NCBI GenBank assembly: GCA_964635545.1
Contig: CAZWOA010000003.1
Location: 9,229 to 73,228, forward strand
Reading direction: 5' to 3'
Origin: an uncultured Marinilabiliaceae bacterium
GTDB taxonomy: Bacteria > Bacteroidota > Bacteroidia > Bacteroidales > Marinilabiliaceae
DNA: 64,000 nt
In this document: piece after piece, positions 10,664 through 21,061 of the stretch
How positions within the stretch are numbered: the stretch's first letter is position 1
Layout of the letters: every line of letters begins with the position of its first letter
The notes under the pieces: model-generated
Seen by the model: the letters and a program-made list of their open reading frames with translations, nothing else
What the model was told of the DNA's origin: nothing
Database searches by the model: none
Position numbers and translations under genes: made by a program

Positions 10664-11557
10664 TTATTTTAAAAATCTCTTATTTATAAGTCCATATTCA
10701 TCAATTCTCCTATCACGGAAGAAAGGCCAAATGCGACGCACCTGCTCCGAGCGGGTCATATCAATCTCTACCACGCAATTCTCTTCGCTATCATTAGAAG
10801 CTTGATAAAGCAACTCACCCTGTGGGCCTGCCACAAAACTGTTGCCCCAGAAACTAATACCGTTTGTTTGTGCTGACGGATCGGGCTCATGCCCTACCCT
10901 ATTAACACTCACCACATGAAGACCGTTGGCCACCGCATGCCCGCGTTGCGATATCACCCAGGCATCAAGCTGGCGCTGCTTCTCAGTATCGCTATCAGTT
11001 GACTCCCAGCCTATTGCCGTTGGATATATCAATATTTCGGCACCGCGCATAGCCATTAGCCTGGCTGCTTCGGGGTACCACTGATCCCAGCATATAAGCA
11101 CACCAAGAGTGCCGAGCGATGTCTCAATGGGTTCAAAACCAAGGTCGCCAGGCGTGAAGTAGAACTTCTCATAATATGCGGGATCGTCGGGAATATGCAT
11201 TTTGCGGTACATTCCGGCAGTGGAGCCATCGGTATCGAACACTACAGATGTGTTGTGGTAAAGCCCTGGCGCACGCTTCTCAAAGAGCGATGTAACCAAC
11301 ACTATCTTAAGTTCGCCGGCTAATTTGCCATAAAACTCTGTTGATGGTCCCGGTATAGTTTCAGCCAAATCGAAACATTCGGTATCCTCAGTTTGGCAGA
11401 AATAGAGAGTATTATGAATCTCTTGAAGCACAACAATATTGGCTCCTTTGGCGGCACAATCTCTAATATTGGAGGCTATTTTTGCCAGGTTAATTTGCAA
11501 ATTGGTGTCAACAGTTTGCTGCACCATTCCTATTTTAAGTTTTCTATTCATACTCAT
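10664..11557 (-). CDS. aguB: Carbon-nitrogen hydrolase, N-carbamoylputrescine amidase-like
   Basis: 297 aa nitrilase-superfamily protein (VLQE, YRKMH, LICWD Glu-Lys-Cys triad context). It overlaps the upstream agmatine deiminase gene by 4 nt (ATGA). Confidence 0.85.
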   Translation of the reverse strand: MSMNRKLKIGMVQQTVDTNLQINLAKIASNIRDCAAKGANIVVLQEIHNTLYFCQTEDTECFDLAETIPGPSTEFYGKLAGELKIVLVTSLFEKRAPGLYHNTSVVFDTDGSTAGMYRKMHIPDDPAYYEKFYFTPGDLGFEPIETSLGTLGVLICWDQWYPEAARLMAMRGAEILIYPTAIGWESTDSDTEKQRQLDAWVISQRGHAVANGLHVVSVNRVGHEPDPSAQTNGISFWGNSFVAGPQGELLYQASNDSEENCVVEIDMTRSEQVRRIWPFFRDRRIDEYGLINKRFLK

Positions 11558-12585
11558 TTTTTTAGTACGTTAACAGGAAATTGCATAGTAACACAATGAA
11601 GCGAACCATGCTGTTTTATTAAAGGCAAACAGTTGATGCCCACAACTTCCATATCGGGAAACTCGCGATAAAACACCTCCAGAGCTGCCACATCAGTCTC
11701 CTGACCGTAGGTGGGCACAAGGATTGCATCGTTTACAAACAGAAAATTGGCATAAGTACCCGGAAGACGTTCACCATCATTATAAACAGGGGAACACATG
11801 GGCAGTGCCACAAGTTTATAAGGCTGATTATCAGCAGAAGTGAAAGTTTCAAGCTGTTTCTCCATCCCTTTTAGAGCCTGATAATGCTCATCATTCACAT
11901 CATCGCATTTCACATATAGAATACGATTATCAGGCGCAAGTCTAGCCAGTGTATCTATGTGGCTATCAGTATCATCGCCACTTAGATAACCATGATCGAG
12001 CCACAGCACTTTAGATGCACCAAATATATTTTTCAGTTCACTGTCAATTCTGGTTTTATCCCACTCACCATTACGGTTGGGCGAGAGCAGACATTCAGAA
12101 GTTGTGAGGATAGTGCCATTACCATCCGACTCGATACTTCCACCCTCAAGCACCATGTTTAGGTGGTTTTCGTATTTTGCATCATCAGAAAAAATACCCG
12201 AATTGAATAGAGTTCTATTTATAAGGTTATCATAATTGGAGGCAAATTTCAATCCCCAACCATTGAATTTAAAATCGAGCAACAGAGGCCTACCCTCCTC
12301 ATACACAGTGATAAATCCATGATCGCGTGCCCAGGTATCGTTAATCTTTGCCTCTATAATAGTGGTATTTTGGAGCACATCATTTCCAAGCAAACTACGC
12401 ACCTCGTCAGGATTTGCAGCCACGATAAGCAGTTTTTCACGTTTTGCAATTTCTGATGCCAATGTTACGTAACAAAGAGTAACTTCATCCATAATATCGG
12501 CCCAATCGGTTGATGAGTGGGGCCATGTAAGCTGAACCATATCTTGTGGATGCCACTCAGAGGGCAAAAATCTTTTCAAAGTCAT
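11554..12585 (-). CDS. aguA: Agmatine deiminase (Porphyromonas-type peptidyl-arginine deiminase family)
   Basis: 343 aa with LPSEWHPQDMVQLTWPH at the N-terminus and GSLHCVT catalytic Cys context at the C-terminus. Confidence 0.88.
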   Translation of the reverse strand: MTLKRFLPSEWHPQDMVQLTWPHSSTDWADIMDEVTLCYVTLASEIAKREKLLIVAANPDEVRSLLGNDVLQNTTIIEAKINDTWARDHGFITVYEEGRPLLLDFKFNGWGLKFASNYDNLINRTLFNSGIFSDDAKYENHLNMVLEGGSIESDGNGTILTTSECLLSPNRNGEWDKTRIDSELKNIFGASKVLWLDHGYLSGDDTDSHIDTLARLAPDNRILYVKCDDVNDEHYQALKGMEKQLETFTSADNQPYKLVALPMCSPVYNDGERLPGTYANFLFVNDAILVPTYGQETDVAALEVFYREFPDMEVVGINCLPLIKQHGSLHCVTMQFPVNVLKK

Positions 12586-12612
12586 TTTTATCGATTAAAG
12601 GACAATTATAGT

Positions 12613-12659
12613 GCAAAAAAACAAAAAAAGAGCCGAATGTGCTATACTATCCGGCTCTT
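12613..12659 (-). terminator. Rho-independent terminator after dnaA
   Basis: Stem aagagccg/cggctctt (12629-12635 and 12652-12659). On the minus strand it is followed by a long T-rich run (plus-strand aaaaaaacaaaaaaa). Confidence 0.75.
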
Positions 12660-12682
12660 TTGCTATATGTTACATTCAATAA

Positions 12683-14113
12683 TCAGTTTTTGAGCTGTGA
12701 TTCTATGGTTTGCAACTGATTTTTAAAATCTCTATCAGTCTCTATAAGATTATTCACAGTTTTAAATGCGTGCAAAACGGTGGAGTGGTCTCTTTTACCA
12801 ATTTTGGCACCAATGGCTGACAGACTTGAATTGGTAAGCGACTTACTGAAATACATGGCTATCTGCCTAGCCTGAACAATTTCGCGTTTACGGGTATTAG
12901 TTTGAAGAATATCCACATCAACCCCAAAATGGTTACACACCGTCTCCATAATATAATCGACAGATAGTTCGCGATGCACCTTTTTCACCAGTTTATCGAT
13001 AACTTCCTTTGCTGTTTCTACTGTTATATCAGTTTTATTAAGGGTGGAAAGGGCAAGAAGAGAGATTAATGCGCCTTCAAGTTCCCGTATGTTATTCATC
13101 ACATTATTAGCGATATAATAGACCACATCATCGGGTAAGTCGATACCGTCGTTAATAATTTTTGATTTCAGAATTGATACTCTTGTTTCAAAGTCGGGCA
13201 CTTGCAAATCGGCAGATAGCCCCCATTTGAATCTCGACAATAGTCTATCTTCCATATCTTGCATCTCTACAGGGGCTTTATCGGCAGTAATGATAATCTG
13301 TTTGCCCGATTGCTGAAGATGGTTGAAAATATGGAAAAACATATTCTGAGTACCAGTTTTGCCCGAGAACTCCTGTATATCATCAATAATAAGCACATCT
13401 ATCATCTGATAGAAGTTCAAAAAATTATTTGAACTATTAGTACGAATAGAGTCGGTATATTGAAGTTGGAATTTATTGGCATTAATATATAGCACATTTT
13501 TTTCGGGCATGGTTTTCTTCACCTCATTACCTATACATTGCGACAGGTGAGTTTTACCCAGTCCGCTATTTCCATATAAAAACAGAGGGTTAAAGGCTGT
13601 TTTTCCAGGGTTTTTGGCCACTGCCAATGCAGCAGAGCGCGCCAGTTTATTACAATCGCCCTCAATAAAATTATCAAAAGTATAATCACTATTGAGTTGC
13701 GGATCGATATTCATCTGTTGAATACCCGGAATCGTAAAAGGATTACGTATTGCAACCGGCTCATTTGCCTGCTGTTTTGCTCTACCGGCAGCCATATTAT
13801 GGCCATTTCCACCCACTGTAGCACTGGCTGAAGTGGGCGGTATAGTACGAATTGCAGGCTTTTCGGTAGCTACAATATATTTCAACTGTATGTTTGGTCC
13901 GGCCTGAGTTCGAAGTGATTGACTAATGACGTTAATGAAATTTTCTTCAAGGTGCTCATAGAAAAAGAAGCTAGGCACTTGAATTGTCAAGATATCATTT
14001 TCGAAACTGACCGGAACGATTGGTTCAAACCAGGTTTTAAAACTAGCGCCAGGGATAGAGTCACCTATCATCGTAAGACACCCATTCCAAATAGATTCAC
14101 AATCAGGTTTCAT
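12683..14113 (-). CDS. dnaA: Chromosomal replication initiator protein DnaA
   Basis: 476 aa. It has Walker A GNSGLGKTHL, Walker B LIIDDIQ, and the C-terminal DNA-binding helix region VQARQIAMYFSK...KRDHSTVLHA. Confidence 0.97.
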   Translation of the reverse strand: MKPDCESIWNGCLTMIGDSIPGASFKTWFEPIVPVSFENDILTIQVPSFFFYEHLEENFINVISQSLRTQAGPNIQLKYIVATEKPAIRTIPPTSASATVGGNGHNMAAGRAKQQANEPVAIRNPFTIPGIQQMNIDPQLNSDYTFDNFIEGDCNKLARSAALAVAKNPGKTAFNPLFLYGNSGLGKTHLSQCIGNEVKKTMPEKNVLYINANKFQLQYTDSIRTNSSNNFLNFYQMIDVLIIDDIQEFSGKTGTQNMFFHIFNHLQQSGKQIIITADKAPVEMQDMEDRLLSRFKWGLSADLQVPDFETRVSILKSKIINDGIDLPDDVVYYIANNVMNNIRELEGALISLLALSTLNKTDITVETAKEVIDKLVKKVHRELSVDYIMETVCNHFGVDVDILQTNTRKREIVQARQIAMYFSKSLTNSSLSAIGAKIGKRDHSTVLHAFKTVNNLIETDRDFKNQLQTIESQLKN

Positions 14114-14173
14114 TTCAAAAAAAATTCTATAATTATGTTATATTAAGTGTATTCTTTGGGAATTCAAAAATTG

Positions 14174-14181
14174 CAAAATTA
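14174..14181 (-). promoter_or_regulatory. Putative -7 box (TAATTTTG on the minus strand) upstream of dnaA
   Basis: Plus-strand caaaatta is a perfect TAnnTTTG on the minus strand, about 60 nt upstream of the dnaA ATG. Confidence 0.35.
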
Positions 14182-14419
14182 AAGCGAAAAAACAAACCCT
14201 TTTGATATTGTTTTTATCAATATATGTTTAAGCCCTAATCTTCAACACCTTAAAATGACTCGATGTAAAACACTGATAATCAGAGAAAAACACGACTCAT
14301 CCCACTTTAAATAGTCTCCATAACAGTTTGGTTCTAAAGACCTTTCAAAAAAAACACAAACTTTTGAAAAAAATCGCAGAATAGAACTAATCTAAATAAG
14401 AGAGGTGAACAATATGTAA

Positions 14420-15667
14420 TCACTTATTAATTTTTTTTAGAGCCTTTTTAAGGTCCACAACCTTATGATTTTCAATCGCTATAATCTCTGCTAAGGGATA
14501 AAATTGTTTTATTTGCTCCTTAATTTTATAAACGTCGGCATAACTCATCGACTCACCTGTAATGTGAAGATAATTTTTACCATCATAAAATTCAGTAACA
14601 TAATATTTATCGGCAATAGCTGATTTATCAAAGTTACCCGGCGTATTATTTGTTGCCACTTTAACCCAAAATCTTATGGTTTCGTGGGTTAGTGAGGCAT
14701 CGTAATAGTTCTTTTTACCAAAATCGAACGCCGAGAAGCTCACATATCTTTTTGGATTATATCTGATATCCACCAGCAAACGGTTAAGATTGGCTGAGGC
14801 CTCGGATAGGGATTTATACATCGCTTTATCGTTGATTAGCATTCCCAGCGAGCCATCAGCATCATTTATGCTTCTCATCATAGTGTCGGCCTGTTGAATG
14901 GTTGTTTTCAATGAAGCCAGTGCTTCTCCCACACCTGCATTTTTCATTTCGGAGGTAATAATTGCCATCGAGCTCATGGTAGAGTCAAGGTTTTGTCCTT
15001 GGCGAGCAAGCATTTCAAGAATAGAATCGATGCGTTGCGTGGTTTGCTTAAAGGCACCATTTTCACCGGTATAATTGCTTAAATTAGCTGTAAGAGCCTC
15101 CATATTTCTCATCGATTGCGAAAAAGCTGCTATAGCATTATTTAGGTTTTCCACATTATCTTCCCTAAATAGAACACCCACCTGGGCAAGTACTGTATCA
15201 AAACGACTTATAAGCTTCTCAGTCTTATCCTTCAGCGGCAGTACATTGGTGCTCAATTGGTCGGCCAAATCGGCCATTATTGATGTTGAAAGTGTATCAT
15301 AAGGTTGCAAAAAGCTGCTACTGGAGCCTTTAATAAACTGCACACCTTTACTTCCCAGCAAGTCGAGACTATAGATTTGAGCCACCGAGTTACTTGGCAG
15401 GCTCAGCTCTTTATTGAGTGCAAAAGTTACAATAAAACGGTCGCCTTCCCTCTGGTCGATATTAATATCGCGCACGGTTCCTATTTTAAAACCATGATAA
15501 TAGATTGGACTGGCATCTGTAAGTCCGTCAACTTTAGAGAAAACACCATAATATATATTGCCTCTAAAGAAAATATCTCTACCCTTTAGAAAGTTTAATC
15601 CCCAAATAAGCAGAATAAACGTAATCAACACGAATGCCCCTATCTTTACCTCTTTTTTTATCTTCAT
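14420..15667 (-). CDS. MlaD/MCE-family protein with a C-terminal SPOR-like extension
   Basis: 415 aa. It has an N-terminal TM helix plus MCE domain (KIGAFVLITFILLIWGLNFLKG...GFKIGTVRDI). The last about 85 aa (FWVKVATNN...NYLHITGESMSYADVYKIKEQIKQFYPLAEIIAI) fit the SPOR beta-alpha-beta-beta pattern. Confidence 0.8.
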   Translation of the reverse strand: MKIKKEVKIGAFVLITFILLIWGLNFLKGRDIFFRGNIYYGVFSKVDGLTDASPIYYHGFKIGTVRDINIDQREGDRFIVTFALNKELSLPSNSVAQIYSLDLLGSKGVQFIKGSSSSFLQPYDTLSTSIMADLADQLSTNVLPLKDKTEKLISRFDTVLAQVGVLFREDNVENLNNAIAAFSQSMRNMEALTANLSNYTGENGAFKQTTQRIDSILEMLARQGQNLDSTMSSMAIITSEMKNAGVGEALASLKTTIQQADTMMRSINDADGSLGMLINDKAMYKSLSEASANLNRLLVDIRYNPKRYVSFSAFDFGKKNYYDASLTHETIRFWVKVATNNTPGNFDKSAIADKYYVTEFYDGKNYLHITGESMSYADVYKIKEQIKQFYPLAEIIAIENHKVVDLKKALKKINK

Positions 15668-15686
15668 GACCTAAATATTATATCAT

Positions 15687-16784
15687 TTATTTTGCCTCCA
15701 ACTGGCGTGCCTGTTGAAGTGTAATTCGTTTATCGTTATGGAATATCACCACAAAGCAGTCGGCAATATCGGTTTTTATTTTTTTCTGAAGTTTCACAAT
15801 CTCATCATATGATGTTGAACTGCCAACTGTATATTTATAAAGTTTGCCATCCATATAGTATGTGGCTTCAGGGTATTTTGCAAGCACTCCTTTCCCGGCC
15901 GCCAATTTTGTATTAGTTGATGCAATTTGTACTTTATACACCACGGCAGGTTTTACCTCTTTCCCAGGTGTAACAGCAACCGGCTTACCGTTGTCATCTT
16001 TTTTAACGATGTTACTTTGAGCATCAAACAATACTTTATACTCGGCAAAAGCTTCGTAAAGTCCTTGTGCCAGTTTATTTTGTCCTGCTGATGATGCCAG
16101 AAACTTCTCCTCTTCGGCATTGGTTAGAAAGCCCAATTCAACTAGGATACTCGGTGCAGCCGTTTGGTGAAGTACAAGAAAACCGGCCTCTTTCACTCCT
16201 CGATTGTTACGATATGCCGTAGAATGAAACTTCTCCTGTATTTTTGATGCAATATCTATGCTTTGATCTCGATGACGCCCTTGCAACATCTCGAATATAA
16301 TATACGACTCAGCCGATTCGGGGTCAAACCCTTCATATTTGGCAGCATAATCATCCTCAAGAAGAATAACCGAGTTCTCTTTCTTTGCCACTTCTAAGTT
16401 ATCCTGATTACGGTGAAGACCCAAAATAAACGTCTCGGCCCCATTAATGCGTGATGAACTTATGGAGTTGGCATGAATTGATACAAAAAGATTGGCTTTA
16501 TTCTTATTGGCAATGGCGGCTCGTTTATCCAACGGCACAAACACATCCGAGCTTCGCGTATAAACAACTTTTACATCCGGCATATTCTCCTTTATAAGAT
16601 TACCAAATTTAAGAGCTACGCTAAGAACCACATCCTTCTCCTTAACAATTTTACCCAATGCACCAGGGTCTTTACCTCCATGTCCGGCATCAATAACAAT
16701 TGTTTTAAATTGAAGATCATCCTGTGCATGGCAAATGTTTGCCACCGTTAAAAACAAAATTATAGTTAAGATATATCTTATCAT
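15687..16784 (-). CDS. N-acetylmuramoyl-L-alanine amidase (Amidase_3) with a C-terminal SPOR domain
   Basis: 365 aa with IVIDAGHGGKDPGA and SIHANS motifs. The C-terminus (YKVQIAS...LYKYTVGSSTSYDEIVKLQKKIK...CFVVIF) is SPOR-like. Confidence 0.9.
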   Translation of the reverse strand: MIRYILTIILFLTVANICHAQDDLQFKTIVIDAGHGGKDPGALGKIVKEKDVVLSVALKFGNLIKENMPDVKVVYTRSSDVFVPLDKRAAIANKNKANLFVSIHANSISSSRINGAETFILGLHRNQDNLEVAKKENSVILLEDDYAAKYEGFDPESAESYIIFEMLQGRHRDQSIDIASKIQEKFHSTAYRNNRGVKEAGFLVLHQTAAPSILVELGFLTNAEEEKFLASSAGQNKLAQGLYEAFAEYKVLFDAQSNIVKKDDNGKPVAVTPGKEVKPAVVYKVQIASTNTKLAAGKGVLAKYPEATYYMDGKLYKYTVGSSTSYDEIVKLQKKIKTDIADCFVVIFHNDKRITLQQARQLEAK

Positions 16785-17000
16785 CTCAATAATCGCTTAT
16801 TTATTCCATAGATTTATAAAGAAAATCAAAATAGTTGTATTTTGCCGGTAAAAATAACAATTATATTTGAGCCGTTAATAGAGAGAAGTGGTCATATTTT
16901 AATCTATTATCCCACAAGTGTATATTTTTTACTTATTTTTGTCTGCATCTTTACACAAATAGAGTTGGAAAAAGAACATTATCACATATATAATATTTTT

Positions 17001-19682
17001 ATGTCAAGATTCCTGAACATACTCGGATTCTGTCTATTACTATATTCAACACCCTCCTATTCGCAAGTTGCACAACTTACAACTGCCAATAGCCAGGACA
17101 CAATCACCAATGACAACAACAGCATAAAAGGGAGTAAACCTTTCCTTGAAGCAGAGGTAAAATATAAGGCTAACGACTCTATTGCATCCAGTTTTGAGAG
17201 TCAGAGGATGTATCTATTTGGCAAAGCTGAGATAAAATATATGGATATTGAACTCACTGCCCATGTAATAGAGCTCGACCTCGACAGCACCATTGCCTTG
17301 GCATATGGATATATCGACTCCACCGGTGTAGAGCAGGATTTACCGGTATTTAAAGATAAAAGCGGGTCGTACACCATGCGTAGGATGAAGTATAACTTCG
17401 AGACAAAAAAAGCTATTATTGAACATATTGTAACCGAACAGGGTGAAGGATTTGTGGTAGGCCAGAAAGCTAAGCGTGTAAATGAAAACGAATATTTTAT
17501 GCGCGATGCCAAATATACCACTTGCGATAACCACGACCACCCACACTTCTACCTCAATCTTACAAAGGCAAAAGTTATACCAGGCAAAAAAACAGTGACC
17601 GGACCGGCATACTTGGTCGTTGAGGATGTGAAATTACCGATTGTGGTACCATTCGCACTCATACCAAGTACAAAATCATATAGTTCGGGTATTATAATGC
17701 CATCCTATGGTGACGAGAGCACACGCGGCTTTTTTCTTAGTGAGGGAGGCTACTATTTTGCTATGAACGAATATTTTGATCTTCGCTTAACTGGCGATAT
17801 TTACACTAACGGATCGTGGGGAAGTCACGTAGCTACCACCTATAAAAACAGATACAAATATAGCGGTAGATTTAGCTCCGACTTAATTACCAACGTAACA
17901 TCAGAAAAAGATTTACCCGACTACGCCAAGAGTAAAGACTTCTCGGTGAGATGGAACCACACTCAGGATAGTAAAGCCAATCCTTATCAATCATTTTCGG
18001 CCAGTGTAAACTTCTCTACTAGTTCGTATGATAGAAACAACGTTGGGAGCATTATCAACCCCATAGATTTATCTACCAACCAAAAGAGTTCGAGTATTTC
18101 ATACAGTAAACGATGGCCAACCGGTCCGTTCAACTTCTCTGCCAACTTACTACATTCGCAGAATAGCCGCGATACTTCTATAAGTTTAACTATTCCGGAT
18201 TTAACTCTTACCATGAACCGCATCTATCCGTTAAAACGAAAAGAGGTTATAGGAAAAGAGAAATGGTATGAGAAAATAAGTTTCTCCTATTCGGGTAATA
18301 CTAAAAACTATATTAACACAAAGGAAAAAGACCTTAGCATATCAGGTGAAAGCCTTTCAAAAGAGTGGAAAAACGGCATGAAACACTCAATTCCATTGAG
18401 TATGAACCTTAAGATGCTGAAATACTTCACATTGAGTCCGTCATTCAACTATACCGAACGATGGTATCTAAGCAAAACAAGGCAGGAATGGGATGAAGAT
18501 CAGCAAAAAATAGTGAAAAAAGATCCTGAAGCAGGTTTTAACCGTGTTTACGACTACTCGACCAGTGTAGGTACAAGCACCAAGATATACACCTTCTTTA
18601 AGCCTTCGAGAGCTATATTTGGTGATGGAATAGAGGCTATAAGACACGTGGCAACTCCCTCGGTAAGCCTATCCTATCGCCCCGATTTCAGCCAGGGACA
18701 ATATGGCTTTTATGACTGGATTGAATATTTTAACGCAAAGACCAACGAAGTAGTTCGTTACGACTATAGTTACTATGACGGCTATATTTATGGCACAGCG
18801 GGCAAAGGACGTTCAGGATCAATGTCGCTCAGCTTGGGTAATACCCTTGAAATGAAGGTTAAAAGTTCTAAAGACTCTACTGGATTCAAGAAAATAAGTA
18901 TTCTGGAGAGTTTGAACTTCAGCTCTAGCTATAACTTTCTTGCCGACTCGCTGAAATGGAACATGATAAACATGAGCGGCCGCACAAAAATATTTGGCAC
19001 CAGCATCAGTTTTAACGCCACTTTCGATCCATATGGCGTAGATGTGAATAAAAATAACAGTCCGGTGAGGGTTAATAAATCGGCACTTCATCAAAACGGA
19101 AAACTACTTCGTCTCGAAGGAGCCAGTACCAGCTTCGGGTTTAACCTATCTCCCGAAACTTTCAAACGAAAAGAGGATAGAAGTACAAATTCTAATAGTA
19201 ACGACCCAAACAATAACGAGCCTGATGGCGACACTCCTTTGGGTGAGGGCGATTTACCCGGACGACAAAACAGAAGTAATACCGGTCTGACCTCGGGTGA
19301 AGATGGATATGCCAAATTCTCGATGCCGTGGAGCCTCTCTTTCAATTACTCGCTTAGAGTTTCTAAGGGCAAATTTGACCCCGAACGTAAAGAATACAAA
19401 TATGTGGTAGGCTCGGATGTTAACGTAACCGGAAACATATCTCTAACCCCCAAATGGAAGGTCTCAATGTCATCGGGATATAGTTTTGATGAGAAAACAA
19501 TTTCACAAACCAACTTCGGCATAACCCGTGATTTGCACTGTTGGAGTATGCGATTCAATGTGGTGCCGGTAGGTCGTTATAAATCATACTTCTTTAGTAT
19601 CAACGTAAACTCGAGTATGCTTCAGGATTTGAAGTATGAGAAACGAAACAGTGCATATGGCAACTCTAGTTTCTATAGATAA
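17001..19682 (+). CDS. lptD: Large outer-membrane beta-barrel protein, putative LPS-assembly protein LptD
   Basis: The track ORF opens at a TTG at 16842. The ATG at 17001 gives MSRFLNILGFCLLLYSTPSYSQ, a signal peptide. An OstA-like N-terminal region follows, then a long beta-rich C-terminal region ending in an aromatic residue. Confidence 0.75.
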   Translation: MSRFLNILGFCLLLYSTPSYSQVAQLTTANSQDTITNDNNSIKGSKPFLEAEVKYKANDSIASSFESQRMYLFGKAEIKYMDIELTAHVIELDLDSTIALAYGYIDSTGVEQDLPVFKDKSGSYTMRRMKYNFETKKAIIEHIVTEQGEGFVVGQKAKRVNENEYFMRDAKYTTCDNHDHPHFYLNLTKAKVIPGKKTVTGPAYLVVEDVKLPIVVPFALIPSTKSYSSGIIMPSYGDESTRGFFLSEGGYYFAMNEYFDLRLTGDIYTNGSWGSHVATTYKNRYKYSGRFSSDLITNVTSEKDLPDYAKSKDFSVRWNHTQDSKANPYQSFSASVNFSTSSYDRNNVGSIINPIDLSTNQKSSSISYSKRWPTGPFNFSANLLHSQNSRDTSISLTIPDLTLTMNRIYPLKRKEVIGKEKWYEKISFSYSGNTKNYINTKEKDLSISGESLSKEWKNGMKHSIPLSMNLKMLKYFTLSPSFNYTERWYLSKTRQEWDEDQQKIVKKDPEAGFNRVYDYSTSVGTSTKIYTFFKPSRAIFGDGIEAIRHVATPSVSLSYRPDFSQGQYGFYDWIEYFNAKTNEVVRYDYSYYDGYIYGTAGKGRSGSMSLSLGNTLEMKVKSSKDSTGFKKISILESLNFSSSYNFLADSLKWNMINMSGRTKIFGTSISFNATFDPYGVDVNKNNSPVRVNKSALHQNGKLLRLEGASTSFGFNLSPETFKRKEDRSTNSNSNDPNNNEPDGDTPLGEGDLPGRQNRSNTGLTSGEDGYAKFSMPWSLSFNYSLRVSKGKFDPERKEYKYVVGSDVNVTGNISLTPKWKVSMSSGYSFDEKTISQTNFGITRDLHCWSMRFNVVPVGRYKSYFFSINVNSSMLQDLKYEKRNSAYGNSSFYR

Positions 19683-19723
19683 TAAATTATGAATGATAAA
19701 TCAGTTAACTAAATATATAGATT

Positions 19724-20101
19724 ATGAAAAAAGTAATTGCAACAAAAGGCGCGCCTGCCGCTATAGGTCCCTACAGTCAGGCTGTTGAAGCTAACGGAAC
19801 ACTATTTATTTCTGGTCAGTTACCAGTAAACTCGGCCACAGGTAAAGTTGCCGAAGGTGGTATTGCAGAACAGACTCGCCAGTCACTGGAGAATATCAAA
19901 GCGATTCTTACTGAAGCCGGTTATACGCTGGATAATGTGGTAAAAACCACCTGTCTGCTTAGCGACATGGCCAATTTTAAAGCATTTAACGAGGTGTATG
20001 CACAATATTTTGTGAATGAAGCACCTGCAAGGGCTACGTTTGCTGTGCGCGAACTACCCTTAGGCGTTATGGTTGAGATAGAAGCTATTGCAGTGAAGTA
20101 A
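19724..20101 (+). CDS. ridA: RidA/YjgF-family reactive intermediate deaminase
   Basis: 125 aa with APAAIGPYSQAV and ARATFAV...VEIEAIA motifs. Confidence 0.92.
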   Translation: MKKVIATKGAPAAIGPYSQAVEANGTLFISGQLPVNSATGKVAEGGIAEQTRQSLENIKAILTEAGYTLDNVVKTTCLLSDMANFKAFNEVYAQYFVNEAPARATFAVRELPLGVMVEIEAIAVK

Positions 20102-20257
20102 AAAGAGTTACAGAGTCTATAGGTTCCAAAATCATGAAGCCGTTAATTAGAAGGAAGAGGATGGAAGGTGGAGGGCTTATATTGACCAGGCAACTTGTAG
20201 TGCTTGAGGCAAGTATCTAATTTTGCATTCTGTAGCCCTAATAGAAGTAGATAAATA

Positions 20258-20287
20258 GAAAAAGCCGATGTCCCCATCGGCTTTTAT
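20258..20287. terminator. Bidirectional rho-independent terminator between convergent ridA and rplI
   Basis: Stem agccgatg/catcggct (20263-20270 and 20275-20282) with loop tccc, an A-run on one side and a T-run on the other. Confidence 0.8.
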
Positions 20288-20322
20288 GTTTGAAAAACGT
20301 AGTCCTGTTTGAAAATTGACTT

Positions 20323-20769
20323 TTACTCGGCTATCACTTCAAAAGTGATATCAACCTTCACCTCGCGGTGTAATTTAATGGTAGCGGTGTATGTACCAAG
20401 ATCTTTCACTGAATCGTCTTTGATAGTGATGATCTTACGATCGATTTCGAAACCTTCTTTCTCAAGGGCTTCAGAGATCTGAATGGTATTAACCGAACCA
20501 AAAATTTTGCCTGTAGAACTTGCTTTGGCACCAATTGTTAGAGATTTACCCTCAAGTTTAGCAGCCAATTCGATGGCATCTTGTTTGATTTTCTCTTGTT
20601 TGTGTGCTTTCTGACGCTGGTTCTCGGCGTGTACCTTACGAGCCGACTCAGTAGCAAGGATTGCCATTTTCTGAGGGATAAGGTAGTTACGGCCGAATCC
20701 GGCTTTCACGTTAACAATATCGTCCTTGTGGCCTAGTTTCGCCACATCTTCTAATAAAATTACTTCCAT
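20323..20769 (-). CDS. rplI: 50S ribosomal protein L9
   Basis: 148 aa, MEVILLEDVAKLGHKDDIVNVKAGFGRNYLIP. Confidence 0.97.
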   Translation of the reverse strand: MEVILLEDVAKLGHKDDIVNVKAGFGRNYLIPQKMAILATESARKVHAENQRQKAHKQEKIKQDAIELAAKLEGKSLTIGAKASSTGKIFGSVNTIQISEALEKEGFEIDRKIITIKDDSVKDLGTYTATIKLHREVKVDITFEVIAE

Positions 20770-20788
20770 TTGTAAATCCTCCTCAGTT

Positions 20789-21058
20789 TTATTTCATTAA
20801 ATCGGTTACATATGGCAGTAATGCCAAATGACGGGCTCTCTTAACTGCCTGGGCAACTTTACGTTGGAACTTCAATGAAGTACCTGTAAGGCGGCGTGGA
20901 AGAATTTTTCCTTGCTCGTTAAGAAACTTTTTCAAGAACTCAGGATCTTTATAATCCACATACTTGATTTTGTTCTTTTTAAAACGGCAGTACTTTTTCT
21001 TCTTAATCTCTACCGATGGAGGCGTAAGGTATCTAATTTCTGATTGACTTTGTGACAT
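20789..21058 (-). CDS. rpsR: 30S ribosomal protein S18
   Basis: 89 aa with KYCRFKK and KILPRRLTG motifs. Confidence 0.97.
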   Translation of the reverse strand: MSQSQSEIRYLTPPSVEIKKKKYCRFKKNKIKYVDYKDPEFLKKFLNEQGKILPRRLTGTSLKFQRKVAQAVKRARHLALLPYVTDLMK

Positions 21059-21061
21059 GGC

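Noticed and set aside
12586-14419. Possible oriC next to dnaA
   Set aside because: I scanned both flanks of dnaA for TTATCCACA/TGTGGATAA-type boxes and found no cluster. The only perfect box I noticed (tgtggataa, 26810-26818) is a lone match inside the PiT coding region. dnaA is not followed by dnaN. In Bacteroidota the origin is often not adjacent to dnaA, so no origin is called.
16842-17000. N-terminal extensions offered by the ORF track (LptD-like from the TTG at 16842; similarly rny to 45609, PatB-like to 39965, DUF368 from 5735, SusE-like to 56773)
   Set aside because: In each case an internal ATG gives a proper signal peptide, TM helix or conserved N-terminus. The extension also overlaps a neighbouring gene, terminator or promoter region.
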